From: Octopus vulgaris
Taxonomy: Eukaryota
Length of the DNA stretch: 64,000 nucleotides
Reading direction: 5' to 3'
NCBI GenBank assembly: GCA_951406725.2
Contig: OX597829.1
Location: forward strand, 2,418,001-2,482,000
Positions 1 through 13,182 of this stretch are shown here, piece by piece; the first letter of the stretch is position 1; every line of letters begins with the position of its first letter. The position numbers were made by a program, and so were the translations under genes. Under the pieces are notes generated by a model. The model searched no databases. It saw only the letters and a program-made list of their open reading frames with translations, and was not told the DNA's origin.

Positions 1-1056
1 ATGAAAAATCTTTTAGAAAAAATAAGTAAATGAGTGAAAATCGAACTGATGAGTTTAATTAAATAAGGCATTAAAGCATTAAACGACTCTCTCCAGACAA
101 TGAAATAGGCTTCAGTACATGAATACATACATACATATATATACATATAGGGGGAGTTTACGAAAGAAACAAAAGACAAAGACAGGTGGTGTACAAAACA
201 AATAGATGTATTAGTATAACGCTCAGGAATAGAAAAAGTCTTTTACGTTTCGAGCCTACGCTCTTCTACAGAAAAGGACACAGAAAAAACAAGGAGAGAA
301 AAAAATGTGTGTAGTGGCTAATGATCTATCATGGCGACTAACTCGGACAAAAGGGTCACACACCTAAATATATATTTTGTGTCTGGGGAGAGTCATACTG
401 CCTTAATATCTAACACACTCACTGGTTCAATCTCCACTCATTATTTATTTATTTTTGGAATACATGGAAAATAAATAATAAAGGAGTGAAAATTGAACCA
501 GTGAGTGTGTTAATTAATGAGGCATTAAAGCAGAATGTCTCTCCCCAGACACAAGAAAAAAATCTGAGGTCAAAATGGATATCATCAGCAAAGGGCAGAG
601 AAGGGCATATAAGTCTAAAGTGGCACATATAAATATACAGACTTACTCACACACATGCAGTTATGTACCTACAGAAAGAGAGGGGGAGAGGGGATTAGGG
701 GTGAGATGGGGAGAGGGGAGGAGAGAGGAGAGAGATCATTTCTCTTTTCATAGAATAAAGCATAAAACACATTCTGAAATTTGAATTATTTACATCACTA
801 TTTGCGACTAGGAAACATTACAAGCTTCCTTGGATTCTCCTAAATTAAAATACACCAGGTCTATGTTTTGCTAAATAAAAAAAATATAACAAAAATTAAA
901 GCAGTTGATTCATTGTGTCTAGAGGGCCCACAAATGCTTCAGTGGATTTGCAGAATCTTTTACTAAATAAAAGATTTTACTAAAATAACCCTTTTTACTA
1001 CCAATCCACCTGGAGCTTCCCCTGGTTCTATGACATAAAAATTAGTGTTTACTTGA

Positions 1057-1460
1057 AAGATAGACCGTTATGTAAACCTCCTCGAGGAATGTGAAGAAAC
1101 AGGCTGGAAAGCAGAACATTTTCCAATCGAAGTCGGATGTAGAGGATTCGTTGGACACGGTGTGAGATGACTGTTGTTATCGTCAGGCCTAACTCATTGT
1201 AAAGCCAAACCACCATGACCGATATCCAAACTACAGCGGAGAAGGCTAGCCACTGGATTTGGTTAAAAAGAGACAATGAGCAATGGCTAGAAGAATATTG
1301 AGCTTTATTTGATAACCAGCTGATCTAGCAAGTGGGGCCTCATATCAGGTGCGCACTGATGCCGTCGAGAGGTAGGCCCCGAAACGGCATGCATTCTCTC
1401 CTGATGACCCCATACACTTGCTGGCTTCTGGTATGCGGAGTTTTGACTGATAGCACTTGC
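1057..1460 (+). mobile_element. 3' fragment of an RLE-type (HERO/R2-like) non-LTR retrotransposon, degenerate, with 3' UTR
   Basis: Manual translation gives KIDRYVNLLEECEETGWKAEHFPIEVGCRGFVGH*, then after a frameshift DIQTTAEKASHWIWLKRDNEQWLEEY*. These are C-terminal motifs of restriction-like-endonuclease retrotransposons. Confidence 0.75.
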
Positions 1461-1852
1461 ATGTGCAAGTTGTTTGCAAGACATATAAATGTTCTTAAAA
1501 TTCTAAAATTGTTCATTTGTGTTCCAAACACCAGCTAAATAATGACAAAGGTATTCTACTTAATTCTCAATTATTTCCAAAATTAATTAAAAGAAAAGCT
1601 GTGTAGTTCAACAGAATTATGGTAACAAAAGGGTTGAAGTGATCTAAATTAAAAGCTTCCAAGGCATAGGCATGGCTGTACCATAAGAATGTAGTTTTAG
1701 CAGCAGAGATTAGAGGTTAGAGAGAGGAGAATGAGAGATTCATATTCCTGAGAGTCAAGCTTTTTGTTTCCATATCTCTTCTGAAATATACTACCATTGT
1801 TCTAATTAATTTCAATATTTATGAAGAATTTAGAAAAATACCTTTGCCATAA

Positions 1853-2082
1853 TTAACCCTTTTGTTACCATATTTCTGTTGAGATGCTCTGTGTTTCTTT
1901 CAATTAATTTAAAATATAACAAAGAATTTAGTAAAATATCTTAGTTACCATTAAGCTGGTGTTAGGAACATAAATTGTGACTAAGGTTTGGTGGAAGATT
2001 TTAATTCAGAACTTATGAAAACAAGACATTTAGTACTACAGAGCCAGAGATGGTTTTAGCCAGGTTGGTATAGAAAGGGTTA
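1853..2082. mobile_element. piggyBac-type MITE (~230 bp), TTAA target, CCCTTT termini
   Basis: ttaa-ccctttt...aaaggg-ttaa. The same internal sequence recurs at about 2310-2536, 7873-8100, 17074-17300, 20083-20303, 27652-27880 and 36368-36597. Confidence 0.75.
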
Positions 2083-3372
2083 AGCTGGTGTTTGGAACAT
2101 AAATTAACACAAAGTTTTGATGGAAGAAAGTCTTAATTTTGATCACTTTAACCCTTTTGTTACCATATTTCTGTTAAGGTCACTTTTAGGTGGGTTAGAG
2201 TCACATAAGTGCTAAACCATAACATCCTACAAAAAATACAATGGCACTGCACTAGGTGGCCAGACTAGAAGCATAACCTTGTTTATCTTCATTTTAAAAG
2301 ATGGGATGAACCCTTTCCTTACTGTATTTATTTTGAGATAATCTGTGTTTCTTTCAATTACTTTAACTATAACAAAGAATTTAGTAAAAGAACTTAGTTA
2401 TCATTAAGCTAGTGTTAGGAACATAAATTGTGACTAAAGTTTGGTGGAAGAATTTAATTCAAAACTTATGAAAACAAGACATTTGTACTCAGAACCAGAG
2501 CCAGTTTCAGTCGGGTTGGTAAAACGAAAGGGTTAACCCTATCTGATATCATTCATTTTCTCTCCTGTAAAGAAAATTTTTTAAGCAAGATCTTAACAAA
2601 TTATCTATTGCTTATGTGTAAGTTGGAGGTAATAGTGAGGGGTGAAGCGAGCACATATGGAGAAATATCATCAAATTTATCTCTCTTTATAGATTTTATT
2701 GGTTTGTTTAATTTGAAGTTTGTTTTGTGTGTGAGAATGAGGGAGACACAATCAGCCATAAAGCCAATCCTATTTTTAAACCCAACAGCTGGAAGTCAGC
2801 AGTAACAGCAGGGTGAGGAGGATTCTGTACACCTGTACACCATGTGGACAGATGTGTGTGTGTGTGTGTGTGTAACACACCCCAAAAGTACACAAAAAGA
2901 AGGATAGTAAATATTAGAGAAGATAAAAAATTTTATTAAATATAGACTAATTCTCAATATTGATAAATACTGGTGGTGGTGGTGGTGGTTGTGTGTGTAT
3001 GTGTGTGTGTTCTTTTTTTTTTTAAATCAATATCAATTCTTATTTTGTTACATCTATTGATCTAACAAACAGTTTGTGAACAAATGTATTGTTGGTTGAA
3101 GTCTTTTTTTTTTTTTTATCTTTCTAAGGGCTGATCACTAGAACTCCACATATCCCTGTTTGTCATGCAGAACAGCTACTAAAAAAAAAGTACACTCACA
3201 AATCATCATCATTAATGTTATCATCATTCTAACAAAGGCTTAACAGAATTTGTTTGAAGGAGGCTTTCTATGACTGAACACCATTCCTGTCACCAATCCT
3301 CACTTGTTTCCAAGTAATTGCCCAACAATTGCCCAATGTCAACACAAAGACACAACACACACAAATATATAT

Positions 3373-3769
3373 GTTTCTTTATTGCCCAGAAGGGGCTAAA
3401 CACAGAGGGGACAAACAAGGACAGACAAAGGGATTAAGTCGATTACACCGACCCCAGTGCGAAACTGGTACTTATTTAATCGAAAGGATGAAAGGCAAAG
3501 TCAACCTCGGCGGAATTTGAACTCACAACGTAGCGGCAGACGAAATACCTATTTCTTTACTACCTACAAGGGGCTAAACACAGAGGGGACAAACAAGGAC
3601 AGACAAACGGATTAAGTCGATTACATCGACCCCAGTGCGAAACTGGTACTTTATTTATCGACCCCGAAAGGATGAAAGGCAAAGTCGACCTCGGTGGAAT
3701 TTGAACTCAGAATGTAACGACGGACGAAATACTGTTAAGTATTTCGCCCGGCGTGCTAACGTGTCTGCC
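3373..3769 (-). mobile_element. SINE family B, head-to-tail dimer
   Basis: Two tandem units containing gcctttcatcctttcggggtcgat...aagtaccag. The head ggcagacacgttagcacgccgggcgaaat and B-box-like gagttcaaattc are read on the minus strand. Confidence 0.8.
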
Positions 3770-4718
3770 ATCATCATCATCATTTAGTGTCTGTTTTCCA
3801 TGCTGGCATGGGTTAGATGGTTTGACTGAAACTTGTAAGACAGACACTGCACCAAGATCCAGTCTGATTTGGCATGGCTTCTTTGTCTGGATGCCCTTCC
3901 TAATGCCTGCTACACCAAGAATATAATGGGTGCTTTTTACATGCCACCATCATGGGTGCCAGTGATGTGACATTGGCATCAATGTGTGTGTGTGTGTGTG
4001 TGATGGCTGTCCAATCATGACTGGTGAAGACCATCACTGACCAATGTCCATGTAAAATGCCAACAATGCAAGTACATGAGGTTATTGCAGCCAAAATCAG
4101 CTCCACCCAGCTCCACCCAGGTGGCTTCTATGCTTACTTTAGTGCCCTCCTACTTGACCAGCATGGGAAACACATCTCACCAGCCATTGCACAAACTAGA
4201 ATTTTATGTCCACCCTAAAATGTCCAATGCTGTTCCTTGCATATCTGGTTTTATATGAAAGTGACCTTCTCCTAGAGACATGCTTTAACAAAAATTGAGG
4301 AGTACCTCACTCCCAGTGGTCTGCCAGCACTACGGTCACCAGCCTGGAATTTTTGAGGGCCTGTGATGTAGCTGGATAGTCACTGGACATACAGTAGGCT
4401 CATCTGTCCTTTTGACAGGACTTGCCTTTAGTCCTGCCAGGTTTCTGGCAACCCTTCTCACCAGGCAAGCCTAGTGAGGGTGCAGGTTTGGTTACCAAAG
4501 ACCCAACGAGGCAACAGGTTGTACTGGATTCCATGTTAGCACACATGAGAAACTTCACAAATGACCTGATATATATATATATACACACACATAATCATCA
4601 CCATCTATATATATATATATATATATATATATGTAGGTCCCGGGTTGATTCGGGGTTAACCACAGTAAATAAGGTACTCAATACATAGCAGAGTAAAATT
4701 AATTTATTATATAGAAGG

Positions 4719-4769
4719 AGCTTCTACAGGACTAGAACTGTTTCATTCAAGAGAAATCATCAGGAAGCT
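4719..4769 (-). ncRNA. Type I hammerhead ribozyme in a palindromic Penelope-like remnant
   Basis: Minus strand reads AGCTTC CTGATGA TTTC-TCTT-GAAT GAAA CAG-TTCTAGTC-CTG TA GAAGCT, with stems I and III fully paired. It lies in inverted repeat 4702-4842. Confidence 0.75.
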
Positions 4770-4840
4770 CCTGATGATTCCTGATGATTTCTCTTGAATA
4801 AAACAGTTCTAGTCCTGTAGAAGCTCCTTCTATATAATAA

Positions 4841-4881
<41 letters not shown>

Positions 4882-5631
4882 CATATATATAAATCAGTAA
4901 ATGGTGGGGTTGTGTTGACTGCACGCGGAAAAATTATAATATTTCTTTTCCTCTTCCAAATCTTGAAAATTTGCCTTGAGATGATAAACCAGTTTGATTT
5001 ATTATTATTTTTTCTTTTTTATTTTCCCTACACCCATTTTTATTAAAATTTACTTTCAAATTTTAGCATTCTGCCTTATTATAATTTTTCCTCTCCTATA
5101 TACATATACATATATATATACATACATACATACATATATATATATATACATACATACATACATACATCATTGCTTAGCATCCTCTTTCAATGCTGGCATG
5201 GGTTGGATGGTTTCACATGGAGCTGGCTATCAGGGAGCTATCCAGACTCCCACAGTCTATTGTGACATGGTTTCACTGGCTGGATGCTCTTCCCAACACC
5301 AACCCACTTAACAGAGTGTGGTGTACACACACACACTCACAAGATTCTTTTACTTTCTCTCCACCAAAATCACACATAAGGCTTTGACTGGTCCAGGGAT
5401 AAAAGCAGAAGATACTTGCCCAAGATTTCACATGGTGGAACGACAGCCTGAAATCATGTGGTTGACAAAATAATGAACAAAGCAACTTCTGGTGCACCAT
5501 GCCAGAAAAACTGGTGAGGTACTCATGGATGGGATGTGTTTTTTGGAATAATGGTCTCATCCTAAGCTAAGCAACAATAATAGTAACAAAATTTAAATTT
5601 CTTCATCCTCAGGTAAACAATATCTGTCAGG

Positions 5632-5940
5632 ATAATGTGCCTCAAAGTGATTACTCTGCCATGGTTATGAAGTTAATGTGCCACTGCATAATGTGCCGCC
5701 AGAGCTATGAAGTTAATGTGCCGCCAGAATCATGAAATTTAATATGCCACTGTATAATGAGACACCACAACTATGAGGTAGACGTGCCATTGCATAATGT
5801 GCCACCAGAGCTATGAATTTGTGCCACCACTGCTATGAAGTTAATGTTCTACTGCATAATGTGCTACCACAACTATGATGTTGATGTGCCACTGCATAAT
5901 GTGCCACCAGAGCTATGAAGTTAATGTGTCACCACAACTG
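5632..5940. repeat. Degenerate minisatellite of alternating ~17/24-bp subunits
   Basis: Recurring ataatgtgccaccagagctatgaagttaatgtgccactgc. Confidence 0.8.
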
Positions 5941-6714
5941 GCACAGTGCCGACAAAACGGCAATTTTAGAAAGCATAAATTGTTTCCAATGGTTTGGGGA
6001 AGGTTTAGCTGCTATTTCTGTCGGAGGTGGTGAAGCTGTTCCATCATTGGCTTTTGTTAGAGTATGTAGTTTACTTTACAGGTTGTTATTTAAGCTATCC
6101 CACCATGCAGTCCTCAAGAAAAAGAATGGAACATCATCATCATCATTACCATCACCAGTAGCAGCACCATCATCATCATCAGCAGCACCATTATCATCAT
6201 CAGCACTACCATAACCACCACCACCATCACTGCTATCATCATCATCATCATTGTCATTGTCAGAGCCATCACCACCACCATCATCATAATCATATCAAGA
6301 GTGTTGTAGTTAATGTCAACATATGACTTTAGAATGTAAAAACATTCAAGAAATCTGAAGCAAAATCCATAAAACAATATAAAGAAATCCCTGTAAGAAC
6401 TATGGAATAACGGCTTTGTTTGAAAGGAGGACTAGAGTAAACAGTGGCCATCTATCAGGTGACTTATCAGGTGTGTTTACTGAACATGTTCACAAATCTG
6501 ACCTTCCCACACATGCCTGTCCACTTATTCTTATACTACATACTGTAGGATTTTTCTACGTGGTGGTTGTTCAAGCTGCTAGAAACAGCAGCCAAGTGTT
6601 CTTCAAATGATATTCCACCAAAGAAAAACAACCACAAAAAAAAACTACAGCCAATAACCCTTTAGCATTCACAGGGTTCTGCCAAAATTAATGTTTATTT
6701 ATTCTTTTATTTAT

Positions 6715-7325
6715 TTTTACTTGTTTCAGTCATTTGACTGCAACCATACTGGAGCAATGCCTTTAGGGGTTTTAGCTGAACAAACTGACTCCAGGACTTA
6801 TTCTTTGGGAGCCAAGTACTTGTTCTGTTGGTCTCTTTTGCTGAACAGGTAGGTTACAGAGATGTAAACACACCGACACTGGTTGTCAAATGGTGATGGA
6901 AGGACAAACACAAAGACACACACACACACACATATATATATATCTACCAGAGTAAGCACATAAATGTGAAATAAGGTGGAAAAAATAGTACTCGAATACC
7001 AGAGGTAGAGTAATATGCTTTATTAAAAAGCAGCAAAAATATCACAAAAACTGTTACTCAGAGTTTCCCATTCCTGTTCGTCAGATAGTTTTGTTTCTAA
7101 ACAAAGCAGTCTGATGAACAGGAACGGGAAACTCTGAGTAACAGTTTTTTGTGATATTTTTGCTGCTTTTAAATAAAGTGTGTGTATATATACGATGGGC
7201 TTCTTTAAGTTTCCCTCTGCCAAATCCACTCACAAGGCTTTGATCTGTCTGAGGTTATAGTAGAAGACCCTTGCCCAAAGGTTCCATGTAGTGGAACTGA
7301 AATCAGAGCCATGTTGTTGGGAAGC
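6715..7325 (-). mobile_element. SINE family A copy, interrupted by a PLE/hammerhead palindrome and nested in a TTAA-type MITE
   Basis: Matches the family A sequence on both sides of an insertion in its internal CA/TA tract. Flanked by taaccctttagcatt (6655) and aatgctaaaggattaa (7520). Confidence 0.7.
7047..7148. ncRNA. Pair of inverted type I hammerhead ribozyme motifs
   Basis: Minus 7092-7047 reads AAAACTAT CTGACGA ACAGGAATGG GAAA CTC-T-GAG TA ACAGTTTT. Plus 7103-7148 is the same motif with CTGATGA. Stem II is weak in both copies. Confidence 0.65.
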
Positions 7326-8409
7326 AAGTGTCTTGCAGCCATGCCAGCACCAATTGTTCACATTGTTTTGAATTACTCGTGCATTATGTTGTAGCTTTGA
7401 TATTTGGATAAGATAACTGTCAATTTTAGAATGACATTGTAGAGTAGGTGTGAGAGGCCGGATCTGGACAGTTTGAACATAAAACAAGTAGAATGCTTTA
7501 GCTGGATATGGCTGGTCAAAATGCTAAAGGATTAATATTGATTTCAAGTTTTGGCACAGGGCCAGCAATTTCAGGGAAGGGTTAAGCCTATTTACCTCAA
7601 TCCCAGTGTTCAACAGACAAGATGAAAGGCAACGTTGACCTCTGCAGAATTTGAACTCAGGACATAAAAATAGACAAAATGTGGCTTAGAATTTTGCCAA
7701 GTGTACTAATGATTCTGCCAGCTTGCTGACCTATATAGCCATTAATATTGATTACTATATTATACATTAGATAATGTAGTTTTAGGTACACTGTCTGAAT
7801 AAAAGTAAAATGTAATGGTCACACCTAGAATATCTTTGATCATAGGTCTGCTGGGTCAGGAGTGACCTAATATTAACCCTTTCGTTACTGTATTTATTTT
7901 GAGATGCTCTGTGTTTCTTTCAATTACTTTAAATATAACAAAGAATTTAGTAAAATAACTTAGTTATCATTCAGCTAGTGTTAGGAACATAAATTGTGAC
8001 TAAGGTTTGGTGGAAGATTTTAATTCAAAACTTTTGAAAACGAAACATTTGTACTCAGAGTCAGAGGCGGTTTCAGCCAGGTTGGTAACGAAAAGGTGAA
8101 ACAGCAACTACAACCACTAAGACTAATTATTATACTCTACATCAGATAATGTAGTCATAAATACACCAACTCTATTTTCAAAAATACGATGATCACACCT
8201 GGAACATCTTTAATCAAAGGTTTACAGGTTCAAGATTGACCTGGAGTTTAACAATAGCAACAAAGAAAGAACACATTGGGTAATGTAATTCTGGGTTAGC
8301 TGCACACAAAAAAATGATGGAGTGGTCAAGGCTGGACTGTTTCTGATCATAGGTTTGCTAGATTGAGTTCGACCTGGAGTTAAACAACAACCAATTTCTT
8401 AGTGACATG

Positions 8410-9443
8410 CAGGTAGGAACAGGACCATGTATGTGCAGGCATGGTTCAGCCGTCTCTGGGTTTCATCTCACAGATGTCCAATTGGATTCAAATCCGAGCT
8501 GAGAGCCAGCCACAGCATGGTTCAGGTGTTGTGATGAAGCTCATGGTGACTCTGGCCATATGGCAGGGAGCACAGTCCTACTGGAATGCGTGGCTATGGT
8601 GACATGTGAAGAATTGCATAATGTGAGGTTTTAAGGGTCTGATCAATAGCACTCTGCCTGAACCAACATTTTGGAACACATGGGACCCTATTCTCTGCTT
8701 CAGATCCATAGCACCCCACACATCTCTCTCCAAGACACATGTGTCTCTGTAGTGCTCACCTTTCCTACGCCACACCCTCACTCTGCCATCCGAGGTAGAA
8801 ATGCAATACCAGCTCTCGTTAGAAGACTATTGACCTGCATTGTTGATGCCACCAATGTCAGTGCTGTGTAGCCCACTGTAGTTGTGTCTGATGGTGGCCA
8901 GGTGGTGACGAAGGGCCCTTGAGCAGGACAATGGCAACGCAGGTTGTTGGCAGCCAGGTAAAATTATACCATGTCATCACTGATGGGTTGCTGTCCAGTA
9001 CCAATGGTCTAGGAAGCTGTCATGCTGGCCAGTCTGAAGTGAACACAGAGGTGTTGCAGGTGGATGAGATAGTCCTGCCTGGGCGTGGTCACCTGGAAGC
9101 ACCCTCAGTGGGCACTGTCTGCAGTGTTGTTGGTATTGTTGTATCACTGTTGCAGGTGATAGATGGTGCTGACATGGACATTGTAAGCTTTCGCAACAAC
9201 CAGGGTACACTACCTTGCTTGCCGATAGCTTGTTCACTCTGTACTGCTGACAGGTGGGTCATACCTGATGCATTCAAATTACAAATGCTAGGAATGTGGT
9301 TCAAGTTGGTTTTTATACCCATATCCTCCACCAGATGCACGTGCATTTCAGTTTTCATTACAACTGTTTGCAACTGCCACCAATGGCATTCAATGCAACT
9401 GCGTTTTGATGACTCGTTTCAGGGAAAGTTGAAAGGTTACCTG
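8410..9443 (-). pseudogene. Tc1-family (DD34E-type) transposase pseudogene with one TIR
   Basis: Fragments VAKAYNVHVSTIYHLQQ (HTH), VTTPRQD, RVWRRKGEHYRDTCVLERDVWG, FQ*DCAPCHMARVT (DNAPxH motif) and SSDLNPIGHL*DE (SPDLNPIE motif). The end TA|CAGGTAACC is at 9445-9435. Confidence 0.85.
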
Positions 9444-10053
9444 TAATTTGAGTCTCAGCCATAAACCAGCATATCTTGGAATATTTACACTTACATCCCC
9501 GAAATAAATCTTCAGAATTTATGATATAAAAATGACATTTGAAAAAATCGCGTTTTTTTTTGCAGTTCAGTGTATGTACAGAGGTTGATATATTTGACTA
9601 AATTTTCTTCAAGTCAGTGCCCCAGCATGGCCTCAGTCTAAAGATTGGAAATATAAAATCATAAAAGGATAACACCCAGTACACTCTGTAAAGTGGTTGG
9701 CACTAGGAAGGGCATCCAGCTGTAAAAATCATGTCAAAACAGACAATTGGAGCTTGGTGCAATTTCTCTGGTTTGCCAACTCATGCCAGCACAGAAAATG
9801 GACATTAAATGATGATGATGAGGAGAATGAGGATGATGATGAGAAGGAGGAGGAGGAGGAGGAAGAAGGGGAGGAGGGGAGGAGAAAGAAGAGGGGAGGA
9901 GGAAAAAGAGGGGGAGAGGAGGAGGAGGAACGCCATTTGATTGATATCAATGCTATTCAAGCTTATATGCCCCAAAATTAGACTATTTTTCCTCAGTCAA
10001 TATATGATGAAGGCTTGTAATTCAATTTACAAAATTAATGTTGGAATACTTAC

Positions 10054-10236
10054 ACCTTTATTAACATCCTCTCGATTGACTTTATTTGGTACGACAGCAC
10101 GTTCAACAGGAAGAATTTCATTTCTAGTGGTTTGTTCAACAGACCCAAAAAGAAGTCGAAGTGCAAACGGTCCAAAAACAACACAAACAAAGCCAACAAT
10201 TAGATATTTCAACAGCGTCACCGGATGTCTCCGCAT
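10054..10236 (-). CDS. First coding exon of a host type II membrane protein, possibly a Golgi glycosyltransferase (GALNT-like N-terminus)
   Basis: MRRHPVTLLKYLIVGFVCVVFGPFALRLLFGS... is a basic tail plus one TM segment and a stem. Strong acceptor ttttcttttcag before 10277 and phase-0 donor GGT|gtaagt after 10054. The sequence is non-repetitive. The product name is a guess. Confidence 0.6.
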
Positions 10237-10539
10237 TTTTTAATTCCGTTCTTCCAATATGGAAAAAATATATTTAACTGAAAAGAAAAAAAGAAAAATA
10301 TAAATAAAATTGTTGTTTGTTTTAGATTATTAAATATTTAGAGCAAAATATTTAACCCTTTTGAGTTTTCTGTTAAAATATATATACTGCTGTGCTTCAA
10401 TATTAATTTCAAAAATAATGAAGAATTTAGTAAAATAACTCTTGTTATTAAGCTTGTGTTTGAAACAGAAATTAACATGAAATTTTGATGGAAGAAGGTT
10501 TTAACTGAGATAACTTTAACCCATTTGTTACCATATATG

Positions 10540-11113
10540 GTAATGGGAGAGACGTTTGCATTGGTATGATCATGTACTATTCTTATTCAAGCAGCTACAC
10601 TTTCAGCACACCAGCCCCGCTACTGACTTGGTCACCTAGGAATTGGAAGCTCTTAACTACTTCTAGTATTTCTCCCTGGAATGTGGCGGAAGTTGTTCTC
10701 TGCACATTTTCAGTGTTTATTGCTCCTGAGCATCTGCCACATACAAAAACTATCTTCCCAGTTAGCCTTCCTTTGATATTGCTCCACCTCTTATGTGTCC
10801 ATAGCTTACACTAGGTACATCTTATGGAGTTTCTACCTACGCCTTTTCTACATATCGAGCAGGGCCATCTACCTGAAGGGATTTGTGGTTTGCCTGTGTT
10901 CCTACTTATTAGGACTTTGGTTTTAGCTAGGTTGACTCTAAGGCCCTTCGATTCTGATCCTTGCTTCCACACCTGAAACTTCCCCTCTAGTTCTCATAGT
11001 GACTCATCAATTAAAGCAAGGTCGTCAGCATAGAGGAGCTCTCAGGGGCATCCTGTCTTGAATTCCTCTGTTATTGCCTGGAGGACTATGATAAATAGGA
11101 GGGGGCTGAGGAC
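10540..11113 (-). mobile_element. RTE-type LINE reverse transcriptase fragment
   Basis: Minus-strand translation includes ELLYADDLAL, RVNLAKTKVL and SGRWPCSICRKGVGRNSI. Confidence 0.85.
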
Positions 11114-11253
11114 TGGGGAAATGTATAAGTGGATGGGGAGTAAAGCACCGGCACAGTTTCGATTACCTGTCATTATCCATGGATTGCAGGAGCTTCATAT
11201 TAGTGGTTGAGATAACAGTTTAATAATATGCATGGAAAAAAATATCTTATTTA

Positions 11254-11295
11254 GTACGACACACCTTTCGACCTGTTCTTGGTGTCTTCAGGTAC
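11254..11295 (-). ncRNA. Minimal hammerhead ribozyme relic
   Basis: GTAC CTGAAGA CACC-AAGAACA-GGTC GAAA GGTGTG TC GTAC. Core, stem I and GUC site are present. Stem III is degenerate. Confidence 0.55.
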
Positions 11296-11365
11296 ATAAA
11301 TAAATTTAAAAAATAATAAAAAGGCTCACTGGAGATTCGGTTTTACATATCACTAAATGTCTTTC

Positions 11366-11369
<4 letters not shown>

Positions 11370-11406
<37 letters not shown>

Positions 11407-11495
11407 TGTATATATATATACATATATGTATATATATATATACATATATGTATATATATATACATATATGTATATATATATATACATATATGTAC

Positions 11496-11541
<46 letters not shown>

Positions 11542-11543
11542 AC

Positions 11544-11591
<48 letters not shown>
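11370..11591. repeat. (TA)n/(TACATA) compound microsatellite
   Basis: Direct reading. Similar tracts occur at about 43950-44232, 45497-45560, 53532-53613 and 62489-62710. Confidence 0.95.
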
Positions 11592-11594
<3 letters not shown>

Positions 11595-11819
11595 TCAATA
11601 TAAGGGTAGCAAAAAATTCAATAGAAATTTTTTCGCCACCAGTGGTCTGGTGAAAAAAAAAAATAGTCAACAGACTATATAATGTACATTCAACAATGAT
11701 ATTAAGGAATAGCCTTAATAGGCCATTCAACTCACTAAAACGAGCAGCTAAACTCAAACCGCTAAATAGTAGTAATTCAGAAATCAAAGGAAAATTAAAA
11801 ACATTTACCCTATTATTAT

Positions 11820-11857
<38 letters not shown>

Positions 11858-12998
11858 TGAGCTTGTGCCCAATTTAAAGACCTTCCCATGGACCACAGGG
11901 GGAGCTGAAGGTAGCTATAGCAAGTAAACTGATACCTCCCAGCCATAACCTGGTTGATATTTTCTTTATTTATTTTCAAAAGTAATTTTATTATGGAATG
12001 AGGTATTGTGGGGTTTTTTTACCCTCTATGCAAACTGTCAAATTTAGCCTAGCACTCTGTATATACAGGGAAATTCATGCATGCACACACACACACACAC
12101 ACACACACATTATTGAGTCGAGTCTACACTGCTTCTATCTCCCACATCTCATTCACAAACACTTGGTCAATCCAGTGACATAATAAAGGCACTTGCCAAA
12201 AATCCTTTTCCAGAGCAAATTAAGCCCAGGCCCAACAATGAATGTTTAAGAAACACCACAATTATGCCAGTACCATTTTTAGTCCTTAAGCTAGCATCAT
12301 GTTTTTTTACAGTATAATTTTATCTACTTACCTTAGCTAATTAGCTTTTATTATATCTTAATATATCATTGCTATGATTAACTTGTTATTTCTAGCTGAG
12401 TGTCAACTATTGTAAATTTTTACAGAAGGCACAGACGATAAAGTAAATAACCTTAATGATTGTCTAATTATTACATGCTGAAAAAGGATATACAGGCATT
12501 CGTTATTTAAATATATTCATATTAGCCAAGATGATAACTTTAACTTTTGGCTTCTCTGATTACACAGAAAGTGAGTGACACATATGCGTGTGATTAATAA
12601 GTATTTCACCACAATAAGCATTTCTCAGAGACTGCTTGTTTTCACACAACACCAAAACTTTAGCACTGAAAACATCATTAATCATAATATTGTCAACAGC
12701 AATCTGAATAAACGTTCCTTTTAGTCCTTTTATTACAGCGGTTATTCAGTCACATGGCTGTCTCCAAAAATGTACAATGTTGCCAGCGGTTTAACAAGCT
12801 GAAGGGAAAATATGTATAACCGGGATGCAGTTACTGAAGAGCGCAGACTGTGCCGTGGGATTTTTACGAAAATATTTTATCAACTTGTTGAACAACATTG
12901 AATATAATTAATGCTCTGTGTGTCTGTGTGTGTGAATGTGCACGTAAACACACATAAAACTGTAGGTTTATACATAACTGTATGTGTGCATGCATGTG

Positions 12999-13092
<94 letters not shown>

Positions 13093-13138
13093 TATATAAC
13101 AATATCTAAAATTGGGTATACAGACCGATAGGTATGTA

Positions 13139-13182
<44 letters not shown>

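Noticed and set aside
4020-4560. Possible 5' end of an RTE LINE (weak similarity to the endonuclease N-terminus) on the minus strand
   Set aside because: Too degenerate to support by eye.
5632-5940. Repeat array as CRISPR-like
   Set aside because: There are no unique spacers. It is a degenerate minisatellite in eukaryotic DNA.
8919-9446. 175-aa plus-strand ORF
   Set aside because: It is the antisense shadow of the decayed Tc1 transposase.
11306-11979. Long YI/IY-rich ORFs (also at 43901-44304, 52832-53299, 54108-56846 and 62438-62907)
   Set aside because: These are translations of TA/CA microsatellites, which lack stop codons by composition.
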